The notes below the pieces were generated by a model, which saw only the letters and a program-made list of their open reading frames with translations, searched no databases and had not been told where the DNA came from. Below, one piece after another: positions 9,388-19,126 of a DNA stretch of 64,000 nt; within the stretch, counting starts at the first letter, position 1; every line of letters starts with the position of its first letter. The position numbers and the translations under genes were made by a program. The stretch comes from Candidatus Multivoradales bacterium (lineage in GTDB: Bacteria; Acidobacteriota; Thermoanaerobaculia; Multivoradales; JAHEKO01). The stretch covers positions 2,496,001 to 2,560,000 of the forward strand of contig CBDCXM010000009.1 of assembly GCA_965223855.1 (NCBI GenBank). The letters run 5' to 3'.

Positions 9388-12317
9388 TTGAAGAGCTTCA
9401 GGAAGGCGAGGAAGAGCGTGAAGCCGTCGTCGTCGGGCCCGGCCACCGGGACGCCGACGTCGAGGTTGACGACGGTCTGCCACGGCCCCAGGAAGGTGCC
9501 GGCGACGCCGACGCCGGCCAGCAGCTCGTTGTCGAGACCGGTCGGCTCGTCGGTCGCCCAGGCGGCATCGGCGACCGCCTCGAGCCGAAACAGCTCGCCG
9601 ATCTCGAAGCCGTAGCTGGTTCGCAGCACCGTGGCGGACTCCGCCTGCACGAGACCGCTCTCGTAGCCGTGGACCTGCGCATCGCTGAAGTAGCCGAAGC
9701 CGTACTTGCTGAACCGGTCGAGGTTCTCGCCGTCGAGATACTCGACCTCGACGCCGAAGCGGCGGAAGCTCGAAAGATGGAAGTTCTTGGCCGCCCGCAC
9801 GCCCCAGCGGACGAAGGCGTCGGTCTCGGGGTCGAACGGCTCGTCGGGCATTCCCCACGCCGACCAGTCGGAGCGCTTGTTGTAGCTCCCCTCCAGTCGG
9901 AGCCGGTAGCCGCTGCGGGCGAAGCGCGCGCCGAACTCGAGGGAGTGGAGGAGGTGATCTTCGGGGACGACGAACTCTTCCCCCGTGTCGTCGGCGCGGC
10001 CGAACCGGAGAGACGTCAGCTGATACTCGGCGCTGAGCTTGAGGTAGTTGCCTACAGGTCGTCCGAGCGTGAACGAGACGTTCGAGCTCTGGAGTTCGAC
10101 GTCCTCGTCCGGTACCTCCACGCCGTCGCGGTAGGTGCTGTTGGTGAACGGGATCCCGAGCACGAACGCCTCGGCTCCCGCGTCCCACCGGCTGCCGAGG
10201 AAGTCCGGATCGGAGATCGTCCCGTTGGCGAGCACGCCGGCGAAGAAGAGGTTCGCCTGGGCACCCGTCCCCTTGAAATCGAAGGAGAACCAGTTGACGC
10301 CGGCGAGCGGCAGCGGGAAGTCGAGCGACTCGTCGTAGAACACACCGCCGACGAGGAAGAGCCGGGTCTTGTCGAACTCCTCCTGCACGACCCGCTCGCC
10401 GGTCTCCTTGTCCGCGACGAGGAATCGCAGACCCTCTTCGGTGTCGCGGACCATCGTCGTCTCGCCGTCACGGATCGCCTGACGGCGGGAGGCGAAACCG
10501 TCGTCGTTGATCCGCAGCTGAGCGAGCAGGGTTTCCTTCTCGACGTTGACCGTGGCGTTGAGGACCGAGAAGATCTGTTGACTGACGACGCGCAGCGGCA
10601 GCGTGAACTCCGCCGTCTCCCAACTCGCGGAGTTCCCGGCAGCATCGAGCGGTGAGTAGTAGAGCGTTTCGTCGTTGGAGATCACCTCGCCGGTGAGCCC
10701 GATCTGGAGCGCCCGGGTCCGCACCCGGAGATACTCCTGGCGGTCGATCCAGACGGTGCCCTGGTAGCGGTTGCCGGCCGCGCCCGCCACCGGCTCGAAG
10801 TCGACCACCCAGCAATCGCGCCCCTCGATCGTGTCGGTTCCCCGCAACGAGTAGCGGTAGTCGCGGTCGAAGTTGATCTCGAGCGGCAGCGTGGCGGCCT
10901 TCTCCGGCTGGACGAGAGGGATCTCCGGGATCCGCTTGGATCGCCAGCGCACGCCGTTGACGTAGAAGCTCTCCCACGACCAGTCGTACGGCTCGCCGGT
11001 GACGGCGAAGAACGGACCCTCGAAGGTCGCCTCCACCGTCCGCACGCCGGTTCCCCCTTCGAAGCGCAGGTGTGTCGTGTTGACCGCCTCGTAATGGTCG
11101 AGGCGGCGGGTCTGGTCGTCCTCGTTCGCCTGCAGCCGGCGGAGGATCTCGGAGACCGGCATCGTCCGCTCGGTGGTGATCGTCACTTCCTCGGCGAGCC
11201 CTGTCTCCCCGACGAGGTCGGCCAGGTCTGGTCGCTGGAGGTCGAGGATCCCGGCCGCGCCGGCGCCGTCGATCGGAACCGTGAGCCCGGTTGCGGTCCT
11301 GCCGAGTCCGAAGACCTCCTCGGAGGCTCCGGTCGTGAGATCGACGAGTCTCGGCTGCCGGAGGGTCGTATCGGCGAACTCGAGACGGCTGCCGGCCACC
11401 GAGCGATCGAAGACGACCATGAGGGAGAGGTCTTCACCGCGAACGAAAGCCCACGCGCCGGGCGGGGAGGAGTATGGGTCGAACGAAAGGTCCTCGCCGC
11501 GGAAGCGATTGGCAGCCACCTTGAGTGGGGTGAGCAGCGCTGCGGCCTCACTCCCCGGCTCGGTGGAGCCGAGGGAGAAGAAGGTGACGGCCGCGCCGTC
11601 CGCCGCCTGCCGGGCCGCTTCGGCGGCGGCGAGCGAAGCGTCGGCGGGAAGCGCTCGACCGTAGGTCACGACCGGCTTTCCGGGATCGAGCGACTGCAGG
11701 AGCGTGACGAGCTCCTCGCCGACGGTGCGGTCGGGAACCGCGATCCCATCGACGTAGGCGGCAATCTCTTCGTCGTAGAGAGCGGAGAGCCAGGACGCTG
11801 CCGTGTCGGCCGGTCGGGCCAGGACGCGCGCTTCGGGAGCAGCCCCCGTCAGGGCCACGGCCGCCCTCTTGAGCAGGTTGGCGTACTGCGGGGAATTCGA
11901 GCCGTCGGCCGTCCACTCGATCTCGTAGTGGGTGGTCGAGGCGGCGCCCCTGGCTGCCGTCGCCAGCGCTTCGAGCTCGGCTTCGAGCTGGAGGGCGTGG
12001 TCCGCGAGCGGCGCCGGTGTGTCAAAGCGGACCCGAAGCCACGGGATCGCTCCGGTCGCCACGACACGATGGGTGAGCTCCGGCGTGTCCGCCAGCCCTG
12101 CCGCCGAGCTGTTCCAGGCAACGTAGAGCCGGGCTCCCTCATTCAGGCCGGGCTCGGCGGCGATCGCCTCCAGCAGCGCGGCCGGATCGACGACCTCGAT
12201 GCCGAGACACGGTTGGCAGGGTGGAGTGGCCGCTCCGGAGGCGGCTGCCGCCAGCAGCAGGAGCAAGGCGGTCGGAAGGAGCCGCCGGTGAGCGGGGCTC
12301 GAAAGCTCGGGGGACAT
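9384..12317 (-). CDS. Large secreted/outer-membrane protein (GH-like N-domain, LolA/RseB-like middle, C-terminal beta-barrel)
   Basis: Signal peptide; central 'RGTDTIEGRDCWVVDFEP...GTVWIDR' LolA-like pattern; amphipathic beta-strands ending 'FLAFLKLFK'. Confidence 0.7.
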   Translation of the reverse strand: MSPELSSPAHRRLLPTALLLLLAAAASGAATPPCQPCLGIEVVDPAALLEAIAAEPGLNEGARLYVAWNSSAAGLADTPELTHRVVATGAIPWLRVRFDTPAPLADHALQLEAELEALATAARGAASTTHYEIEWTADGSNSPQYANLLKRAAVALTGAAPEARVLARPADTAASWLSALYDEEIAAYVDGIAVPDRTVGEELVTLLQSLDPGKPVVTYGRALPADASLAAAEAARQAADGAAVTFFSLGSTEPGSEAAALLTPLKVAANRFRGEDLSFDPYSSPPGAWAFVRGEDLSLMVVFDRSVAGSRLEFADTTLRQPRLVDLTTGASEEVFGLGRTATGLTVPIDGAGAAGILDLQRPDLADLVGETGLAEEVTITTERTMPVSEILRRLQANEDDQTRRLDHYEAVNTTHLRFEGGTGVRTVEATFEGPFFAVTGEPYDWSWESFYVNGVRWRSKRIPEIPLVQPEKAATLPLEINFDRDYRYSLRGTDTIEGRDCWVVDFEPVAGAAGNRYQGTVWIDRQEYLRVRTRALQIGLTGEVISNDETLYYSPLDAAGNSASWETAEFTLPLRVVSQQIFSVLNATVNVEKETLLAQLRINDDGFASRRQAIRDGETTMVRDTEEGLRFLVADKETGERVVQEEFDKTRLFLVGGVFYDESLDFPLPLAGVNWFSFDFKGTGAQANLFFAGVLANGTISDPDFLGSRWDAGAEAFVLGIPFTNSTYRDGVEVPDEDVELQSSNVSFTLGRPVGNYLKLSAEYQLTSLRFGRADDTGEEFVVPEDHLLHSLEFGARFARSGYRLRLEGSYNKRSDWSAWGMPDEPFDPETDAFVRWGVRAAKNFHLSSFRRFGVEVEYLDGENLDRFSKYGFGYFSDAQVHGYESGLVQAESATVLRTSYGFEIGELFRLEAVADAAWATDEPTGLDNELLAGVGVAGTFLGPWQTVVNLDVGVPVAGPDDDGFTLFLAFLKLFK

Positions 12318-12378
12318 GAGGACTCCTCGTGAGAGGGGCTACCGGTAGCAGTTGCCGTGGCGTGCCGCTCTTGCAGGT

Positions 12379-14289
12379 TCAGTCTTCGATGGCGGTCGGC
12401 CTTCCCAGCCAGCGCACCACTACCACGATGATCACGCTCCCCAGCAACAGCGAGATCCAGGGGCTCATTCCGTAGGCGGTGGGAATGTCGCCGACGACGA
12501 TACCGAGCAGCCCGGCGCCGAGAGCGTAGGGGATCTGTGTACGGACGTGCGCGATGTGATCGCAGCCCGAGGCGGTGCTGGAGAGGATGGTGGTGTCCGA
12601 GATCGGCGAACAGTGGTCTCCCCAGACGCTTCCTGCCAGCACCGAGGAGATCGTTCCTACGAGCACGGTCGAATAGGTGGCGTCGGTCACTGCCATGCCG
12701 GCCGATCCGGCGACCGCGTGAGCAATCGGGATGACGAGCGGCATGAGGATGCTGAGGGTGCCCCACGACGAGCCGGTGGCGAAGGCGATCAGCGCCGAGA
12801 GGACGAAGACGATCGCCGGCAGCCACTGCGGCGACAGGACGGCCTCGGTCAGCCGGACGACGTAGTCGGCGGTGTGGAGCTCGGTGCAGACGCTGCCAAT
12901 CGACCAGGCGAGTGTGAGGACGATGAGCGCGAGCAGCATCGACTTGAATCCCTCGACCATCGCCTCCATCGTCTGGGCGAAGGTGAGGATCCGTTGCGCG
13001 AGCGGCAGCAGCGCCGCCAGGATCACTCCTCCGAGACTCGCCCACAGCAACGCCTTGTAGCTGTCCGAGTTGCCCAGGATCGCTCGCGTCCACTCGCTCG
13101 CGGAGCCGTAGTCGGCGCGCACCAGGCCGGCACGCCCGGTCAGCCAGAGCCCGAGTACCGTGATGACGATGATGCCGAGGATCGGGACGAAGGCGTTGAG
13201 GGCGCGTCGCGGGGCCCCCTCGGGTGGCGCGAGCTTCTCCGCACCGAAATCGGACAGCGGCGTCGCGTCGTCGTCGGACACCTTGCCGGTGGTACGGGCG
13301 CGCCGCTCCGCCTTCCACATCGGCCCGAAATCGCGCCCCGACACCGCGATCGTGAAGCCGAGCACGAGGGCAAAGATCGGGTAGAAGCGGAACGGGATCG
13401 ACGACAGGAACAGGTTGTAGCCGTCGAATGGCAGTCCGAGGGCGGTGACCGCAGCTGCGATCAAGCCGACCTCGAAGCCGATCCACGAAGAGAACGGCAC
13501 CACGCTCGCCACCGGAGCGGCGGTCGAGTCGACGATGTAGGCGAGCTTCTCGCGGCTGATCTTCAGGCGGTCGGAAAGCGGCCGCATCGTCGAGCCGACG
13601 ATCAGCGAATTGGAGTAGTCGTCGAAAAAGATCAGGACCCCCATCAGCCAGGTCGCGACCTGGCCCCGTACCGCGGTGGTGGCGAATGATCGCAGCCGCT
13701 CGACGATGCCGTGGGTGCCGCCGGATCGGGTCACGAGGGCTACCATGCCGCCCAGCAGGAGGGTGAAGACGAGGATGCTCGCCTGACCGCCGTCGGTGAG
13801 GGTGGGGGCGATGAACTGGTCGATCGTCCGGGCGAGCGAGGTCAGCGGGTTCCAGCCGTTGAGCACCATCGCGCCGCCGAAGACTCCGAGAAACAGCGAC
13901 AGGAGGACGTCCTTGAAGGCGATCGCCAGCCCGATTGCCAGCAGCGGTGGCAGTAGAGAGAGCCAGCCAGGGAGGACACGGACCTCGGCCTGCGCGACGA
14001 CTCCCCGGGAACTCGCCACCACCGAGTGGGTGCCGCTCGAGAGGCTCGCCCGCTCGAGCACCACTTCGTGGCTGCCCGCCGTGAGGGTTTCCTCATGGAC
14101 CTGAGCCCCGTCGATGAGGAAGGAGACCGCGACCGCTTCCTCGGTCCCTCCGACCTCGACGTCGAGATGAAGCTGAGTGCCGCTCAGCGCAGCGCCGGCG
14201 GCGGAGACCTCGAGCGTCGGCTCTGCCAACGCCGCGCCGGCGAGTGCGAGCGCGATGAGAACGACGGCCGCCGCTCGAAGCTTCGGCAT
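12379..14289 (-). CDS. Na+/H+ antiporter NhaC-family transporter with N-terminal exported beta-rich domain
   Basis: 'IFFDDYSN', 'SREKLAYIVDSTAAP', 'FATGSSWGT', 'GDHCSPISDTTILSS'. Confidence 0.92.
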   Translation of the reverse strand: MPKLRAAAVVLIALALAGAALAEPTLEVSAAGAALSGTQLHLDVEVGGTEEAVAVSFLIDGAQVHEETLTAGSHEVVLERASLSSGTHSVVASSRGVVAQAEVRVLPGWLSLLPPLLAIGLAIAFKDVLLSLFLGVFGGAMVLNGWNPLTSLARTIDQFIAPTLTDGGQASILVFTLLLGGMVALVTRSGGTHGIVERLRSFATTAVRGQVATWLMGVLIFFDDYSNSLIVGSTMRPLSDRLKISREKLAYIVDSTAAPVASVVPFSSWIGFEVGLIAAAVTALGLPFDGYNLFLSSIPFRFYPIFALVLGFTIAVSGRDFGPMWKAERRARTTGKVSDDDATPLSDFGAEKLAPPEGAPRRALNAFVPILGIIVITVLGLWLTGRAGLVRADYGSASEWTRAILGNSDSYKALLWASLGGVILAALLPLAQRILTFAQTMEAMVEGFKSMLLALIVLTLAWSIGSVCTELHTADYVVRLTEAVLSPQWLPAIVFVLSALIAFATGSSWGTLSILMPLVIPIAHAVAGSAGMAVTDATYSTVLVGTISSVLAGSVWGDHCSPISDTTILSSTASGCDHIAHVRTQIPYALGAGLLGIVVGDIPTAYGMSPWISLLLGSVIIVVVVRWLGRPTAIED

Positions 14290-14303
14290 CCGGATCCGGC
14301 CCC

Positions 14304-15386
14304 TCAGTTCTCGGCGGCCGCTTCGGCTGCGGCTTCTTCCGCCTCTTCCGCCTCTTCCGCCTCTTCCGCGCCTTCGGCGGCTTCGAGCGGCGGCAGGCCG
14401 AGCTCGACCCGTAGCGCTGCCTCGAGCTCATCGGCCAGATCCGGGTTGTCGCGCAGGAACTGTTTGGCGTTCTCACGCCCCTGCCCGAGCCGGACGTCGC
14501 CGTAGTTGTACCAGGCGCCGCTCTTGCCGACGAGCTTGTGGTCGACCCCCATGTCGATCAGTTCGCCGGGGCGCGAAATGCCCTCGCCGTAGTCGATGTC
14601 GAACTCGGCGATGCGGAAGGGAGCCGCCACCTTGTTCTTCACCAGCTTGACCTTGGCGCGTGAGCCGACGACGACGTCGCCGTCCTTGAGCGTGCCGATG
14701 CGGCGGATATCGATGCGCACCGACGAATAGAACTTCAGGGCACGGCCGCCGGTCGTCGTCTCCGGGCTGCCGAACATGACACCGATCTTTTCGCGAATCT
14801 GGTTGATGAAGACCAGGCAGGTCTTCGACTTGGCGACGATCGCCGTGAGCTTGCGCAGCGCTTGCGACATGAGGCGCGCCTGCAGGCCCACGTGGCTGTC
14901 TCCCATCTCGCCCTCGAGCTCCGCGCGCGGCACGAGTGCGGCGACCGAATCGACGACCACGACGTCGAGCGAGTTGCTCCGCACGAGCATCTCGGCAATC
15001 TCGAGCGCCTGCTCGCCGAAGTCCGGCTGCGAGATCAGGAGGTTGTCGATATCGACGCCGATCTTCTGTGCGTACTCCGCGTCGATCGCGTGCTCGGCGT
15101 CGATGAAGGCCGCGGCGCCGCCCATCTTCTGCGCCTGGGCGACCACCGACAGTGCGAGGGTCGTCTTGCCCGACGACTCCGGCCCGTAGATTTCGACTAC
15201 CCGACCGCGCGGAAAGCCGCCGATGCCGACGGCAGCGTCGATGGCGATCGAGCCGGTCGGGATGTTCGGGATCGACAGCACGTCGCGCTGCCCGAGTCTC
15301 ATGATCGCGCCCTTGCCGAACTGCCGTTCGATCTGGGAAAGGGCGCCGTCGATGGCCTTCATGCGGTCCTTCTGGGCGTTACTCAT
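14304..15386 (-). CDS. recA: Recombinase A
   Basis: '[12 protein letters not shown]', 'FIDAEHA', '[13 protein letters not shown]', '[14 protein letters not shown]'; ATG 15386 preceded by an AAGGAG RBS. Confidence 0.98.
   Translation of the reverse strand: MSNAQKDRMKAIDGALSQIERQFGKGAIMRLGQRDVLSIPNIPTGSIAIDAAVGIGGFPRGRVVEIYGPESSGKTTLALSVVAQAQKMGGAAAFIDAEHAIDAEYAQKIGVDIDNLLISQPDFGEQALEIAEMLVRSNSLDVVVVDSVAALVPRAELEGEMGDSHVGLQARLMSQALRKLTAIVAKSKTCLVFINQIREKIGVMFGSPETTTGGRALKFYSSVRIDIRRIGTLKDGDVVVGSRAKVKLVKNKVAAPFRIAEFDIDYGEGISRPGELIDMGVDHKLVGKSGAWYNYGDVRLGQGRENAKQFLRDNPDLADELEAALRVELGLPPLEAAEGAEEAEEAEEAEEAAAEAAAEN
14332..14367. repeat. 9-bp tandem repeat (GCCTCTTCC)x4 encoding the RecA acidic tail (AEE repeats)
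   Basis: gcttcttcc gcctcttcc gcctcttcc gcctcttcc read directly. Confidence 0.85.
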
Positions 15387-15455
15387 GGGGGCTCCTTGGG
15401 GCGGCCGCGAACCGGTCCGGAAGGCGGCCGATATACTCGTGAACGTCGCAGCGGC

Positions 15456-15484
15456 ATCGTAGCCGCCGCCTGACACAGCGTCAA
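15456..15484 (-). promoter_or_regulatory. Predicted sigma70 promoter of recA
   Basis: Minus strand TTGACG-17 nt-TACGAT about 70 nt upstream of the recA ATG. Confidence 0.65.
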
Positions 15485-15554
15485 ATGCGGGGGAGGATCG
15501 GCGCTCCCGTCGCGTCTCTACACCTCCAGACGGCCTTTGACCGGCGAATCTTGC

Positions 15555-16508
15555 ATGACGCCAGAACGACCTGCCCACGCCGCTCGGACCCCGCCGGAGA
15601 TCCCACCGATCGAAGGTGTGCGCTCGAGGGAGAGCGAGCCGCTCGCTGGGCACAGTACCTTTCAGATCGGCGGCCCGGCGCGCTGGTTTGCCCGGATCGA
15701 CACCGAAGACGGCCTGATCGAGCTCCTCGCCTGGGCGCGAACGGAAGCAGTCGCGTTCTTCATCCTGGGTCTGGGGTCGAACGTGCTCTTCCCCGACGAG
15801 GGCTTCGACGGCGTCGTCGCCCGCCTCGGCGGTGACTTCGAGAGTTTCGAGATCGACGGCACCGAAGTCAGGGTCGGAGCCGCGGTGCCGTTACCGAGAG
15901 TCGCGAAGAGAACCGCTTCGGCGGGCCTCGGCGGACTGGAGGCGCTCTCGGGCTTCCCGTCGACCATCGGCGGCGCGGTCTACATGAACGCCGGCTGCTA
16001 CGGCACCGAGATCTGCGACGTGCTGCGCGAGGCGACGATAGTTGGCGTCGGGGGGGACCGCTTCGTGCGCAGGTCGGCCGAGCTCGACCCGGGGTACCGG
16101 CGCACCAACCTGGAAGGCACGGGGGCTATCGTCACCCGTGCGGTCTTCGACCTCCGCGAGGTCGATGCGGCGACCGCCACTGGACGGATCGAGGAGTTCA
16201 ACCGTAAGCGCTGGCAGAGTCTGCCTTCCGGCGTGGCCAATGCCGGGTCGATCTTCCGAAATCCGGAGGGAGACTTTGCGGGCAGGATGATCGACGCATG
16301 CGGTCTCAAGGGGCTCACCAGAGGGACGGCACAGATCAGCGAAAGACATGGGAATGTGATCGTCAACCACGGTGGCGCGAGGGCGGACGACGTGCTCGAG
16401 TTGATGCTCGAGGCGCGGAGCGCCGTGCAGGAGCGCTTCGCGGTCATCCTCGCCCCGGAGGTGGTTCTGACCGGCGATCTCCTCGCCCGCTGGCAGGCGG
16501 AGCGATGA
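15555..16508 (+). CDS. murB: UDP-N-acetylmuramate dehydrogenase
   Basis: '[10 protein letters not shown]', 'LGLGSNVL', '[11 protein letters not shown]', 'NAGSIFRNP', '[11 protein letters not shown]'. Confidence 0.95.
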   Translation: MTPERPAHAARTPPEIPPIEGVRSRESEPLAGHSTFQIGGPARWFARIDTEDGLIELLAWARTEAVAFFILGLGSNVLFPDEGFDGVVARLGGDFESFEIDGTEVRVGAAVPLPRVAKRTASAGLGGLEALSGFPSTIGGAVYMNAGCYGTEICDVLREATIVGVGGDRFVRRSAELDPGYRRTNLEGTGAIVTRAVFDLREVDAATATGRIEEFNRKRWQSLPSGVANAGSIFRNPEGDFAGRMIDACGLKGLTRGTAQISERHGNVIVNHGGARADDVLELMLEARSAVQERFAVILAPEVVLTGDLLARWQAER

Positions 16509-16561
16509 TCCGCCTCGGCTATACTCGGCGGCCGAAAACCCCGGATTTGAGGAGGTTCCAA

Positions 16562-17128
16562 GTGTCAAGAAATGTCAACTGCGCTCTACTGGCGCTGATC
16601 GTCGTCGCGGTCCTCGCGGGCTGTGCGAGCAAGACACCTGTCGAGCAGATGATCGAGGCTCGGGCGGCCTACAAGGTCAGCCTCAATCCGTTCTTCACCA
16701 AGCAGGTGCCGGTCGGTGGTGCCGAAGCAGCGCCCGTCGGGGAGGAGGCCTCGGACGCCGACGCTTCGGAGGTCGGGTCGGACGAAGGCGTCGCGGCCGC
16801 GGAGGACGTCGGGACGGCCGAGGAGCCTCCCGTCGAGGTACCGATGCAGACGAATGTCCACCTCGACATCATCGTCCAGCACAGGCTCGACGAGGCTCTC
16901 GAGGGGCTGACACTCGACATTTCGATGATCGACGACAAGCAGAACGAGGTCGGTCAGTGGAAGGTCTGGGTCGAGACCGCCGGTCTTCTGAAGGCCAATC
17001 AGCTTCCGGTGACCCACGTGCTCGAGGATGTGGACTTTGAGGAAGGCTACGGCTTCAACGTCGAAGTTCGAAGCGGCATCCCGCCGTCGGAGTACGGCGA
17101 CTACCGGGAGTTCGACGGTCTCCAGTGA
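16562..17128 (+). CDS. Hypothetical lipoprotein
   Basis: GAGGAGG RBS before GTG 16562; lipobox 'LAGC'; acidic low-complexity linker then beta-rich domain. Confidence 0.75.
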   Translation: MSRNVNCALLALIVVAVLAGCASKTPVEQMIEARAAYKVSLNPFFTKQVPVGGAEAAPVGEEASDADASEVGSDEGVAAAEDVGTAEEPPVEVPMQTNVHLDIIVQHRLDEALEGLTLDISMIDDKQNEVGQWKVWVETAGLLKANQLPVTHVLEDVDFEEGYGFNVEVRSGIPPSEYGDYREFDGLQ

Positions 17129-17138
17129 ACATCCTCCG

Positions 17139-18107
17139 ATGAGCGTCTCGCAACAAAGTCAGCCCGAGGTGCAGGCGACCGTCGCTTCGGAGATGGTCGC
17201 CCGTCTCGAGGCGCAGGTCTCGCTGGTGCTGCGTGGCAAACCGGAAGCGGTACGGCTGGCGGTCGTCAGTCTGCTGTCGGGCGGGCACGCGCTCATCGAG
17301 GACGTTCCCGGCGTCGGCAAGACGACGCTCGCTCAGGCGCTCGCCCGCTCGGTCGGTCTCGCCTTCCAGCGAATCCAGTTCACCAGCGATCTGCTGCCCT
17401 CCGACGTGCTGGGGGTCTCCATCTACCAGCAGGAGAAGCAGAAGTTCGAGTACGTGCCCGGGCCGATCTTCTCCAACGTCGTGTTGGCGGACGAGGTCAA
17501 TCGCGCCAGCCCGAAGACGCAGTCGGCGCTGCTCGAGGCGATGAGCGAGGGACAAGTCTCGATCGACGGCAGGCACTACGCCCTGCCCAAGCCGTTCCTC
17601 GTGCTGGCGACCCAGAATCCTCTCGAGTACATCGGCACGTTCCCGCTGCCCGAGTCACAGCTCGACCGTTTCGCCCTGTCGATCGAGATCGGCTATCCGC
17701 CCCGCAGCGAGGAGAGGGAACTGCTGCTGTCCGGTGGAGTCGAAGGCACACTCGCCCATCTCGCACCGGTGTTGTCGAAGGCGGACCTCGAGGCGCTGCA
17801 GGAGATGGCCCGCCAGGTGACGGTGGCGGAGAAGCTGGTCGACTACATGCTGGCGCTCGCCCATACGTCCCGCCACTCGGGAGACTTCGTCCTTGGTGTG
17901 TCGACCCGCGGGGTGCAGAGCTGGTTCCGCGCGTGTCAGGCGCTGGCGCTCGCCGAGGGCAGGGACTTCGTGCTTCCCGACGATGTCCAACGCCTGGCTG
18001 CGGCGGCGCTGGCGCATCGGGTCGTACTCAAGGCGGGGGACACCGGGCTGGCGGCCTCGAGAGCGGCGATCGAACGGCTCGTCACCGCGACCCCGGTTCC
18101 CGTCTGA
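17139..18107 (+). CDS. MoxR-family AAA+ ATPase
   Basis: 'LIEDVPGVGKT', 'RIQFTSDLLPSD', 'LADEVNRASPKTQSALLEAM', 'ATQNP'. Confidence 0.95.
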   Translation: MSVSQQSQPEVQATVASEMVARLEAQVSLVLRGKPEAVRLAVVSLLSGGHALIEDVPGVGKTTLAQALARSVGLAFQRIQFTSDLLPSDVLGVSIYQQEKQKFEYVPGPIFSNVVLADEVNRASPKTQSALLEAMSEGQVSIDGRHYALPKPFLVLATQNPLEYIGTFPLPESQLDRFALSIEIGYPPRSEERELLLSGGVEGTLAHLAPVLSKADLEALQEMARQVTVAEKLVDYMLALAHTSRHSGDFVLGVSTRGVQSWFRACQALALAEGRDFVLPDDVQRLAAAALAHRVVLKAGDTGLAASRAAIERLVTATPVPV

Positions 18108-18115
18108 GGACTGCC

Positions 18116-19126
18116 GTGCCGCGGCGCTCGATCCCCGAGGGGATCCGCATCACCAAGGTCGGCCTGCTCTACATCGCACTGGCGATCGTAGTCGGCATCG
18201 CGGCGGCCAATACCGGCAACAACGCGCTCTACATCGTCGAAGCGTTGCTGTTGGGCGTCCTGGTGCTCTCGGGGATCACTTCACGCCGCAACGTGGCAGG
18301 GCTCGATGTCGAGTTGCTGCTTCCGGAGGAAGTGCACGCCAAGGAGCCCTTCACAGCTACCTACCGGATGCGCAATCGCGACCGGTGGGCGGGCATCCGC
18401 TGGATCGCTGTGGAAGGGGTGTCTCAGGCCGAGCCGCTGTTGCTGTCTCACCTCGAGCGGCGAGGCGAGGAAGAGGGCACGGTGCAGGCGTTCGTGCGCA
18501 CGCGAGGTCGCTATCGGGTCGATTTCGTCCATCTGTCCTCCGTCTTTCCGTTCGGCTTCTTTCGCAAGGGGCTGCGCCTCGCCCAGGAGGCCGAGATGCT
18601 CGTCTTCCCGGAGCTGTTTCCCGCCGCGCCCAAAGTGCCCGCTGCCGAGGCGCGCTCGGGGGAGCGCTCGTCGCGCCGCAAGGGGCTGGGGCACGAGCTG
18701 TTCCAGCTCCGTTCGTTTCAACCTGGAGACGACCGCCGAGGGGTGCACTGGAAACAGACCGCTCGCACCGGCGAGATGGTGTTCATGGAGCGGGAGGCGG
18801 AGAGCGGGCGCCGGCTTTCGATCATCCTGGACAACGGCGTCGGCGAGCTCGAGCGTGACGTCGATCGGCAGCGCTTCGAGCGACTGGTCAGCGAAGCGGC
18901 GACCGCCGCCGATGAGGCGCTGCGTCAGGGTTATTCCGTCGGTCTGCGGACACGCAGCGGCCACGTCGCTCTCGGATCCGGCCCCGGCCAGCGACACCGG
19001 ATCATGAAGCAGCTGGCGCTGCTCGAGCCTTGCCCGCGCTCGGCCGAGCCGCTCGGTTCGACCGATCCGAGGCTGCCACAGCTGCGGCTGGGGATGGACT
19101 CGCTCGGGCTCGGGAGCGCCGCGTGA
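18116..19126 (+). CDS. DUF58-domain protein (MoxR partner)
   Basis: N-terminal TM pair ('AAANTGNN'), 'LRSFQPGDDRRGVHWKQTAR'; sits between moxR and the transglutaminase. Confidence 0.9.
   Translation: MPRRSIPEGIRITKVGLLYIALAIVVGIAAANTGNNALYIVEALLLGVLVLSGITSRRNVAGLDVELLLPEEVHAKEPFTATYRMRNRDRWAGIRWIAVEGVSQAEPLLLSHLERRGEEEGTVQAFVRTRGRYRVDFVHLSSVFPFGFFRKGLRLAQEAEMLVFPELFPAAPKVPAAEARSGERSSRRKGLGHELFQLRSFQPGDDRRGVHWKQTARTGEMVFMEREAESGRRLSIILDNGVGELERDVDRQRFERLVSEAATAADEALRQGYSVGLRTRSGHVALGSGPGQRHRIMKQLALLEPCPRSAEPLGSTDPRLPQLRLGMDSLGLGSAA

Noticed and set aside
15387-15653. ORF-track N-terminal extensions of recA (likewise imuB, AKRs, GTs, sulfatase, fabD, gcvP)
   Set aside because: Family homology, RBS and stop/start overlaps point to downstream starts.
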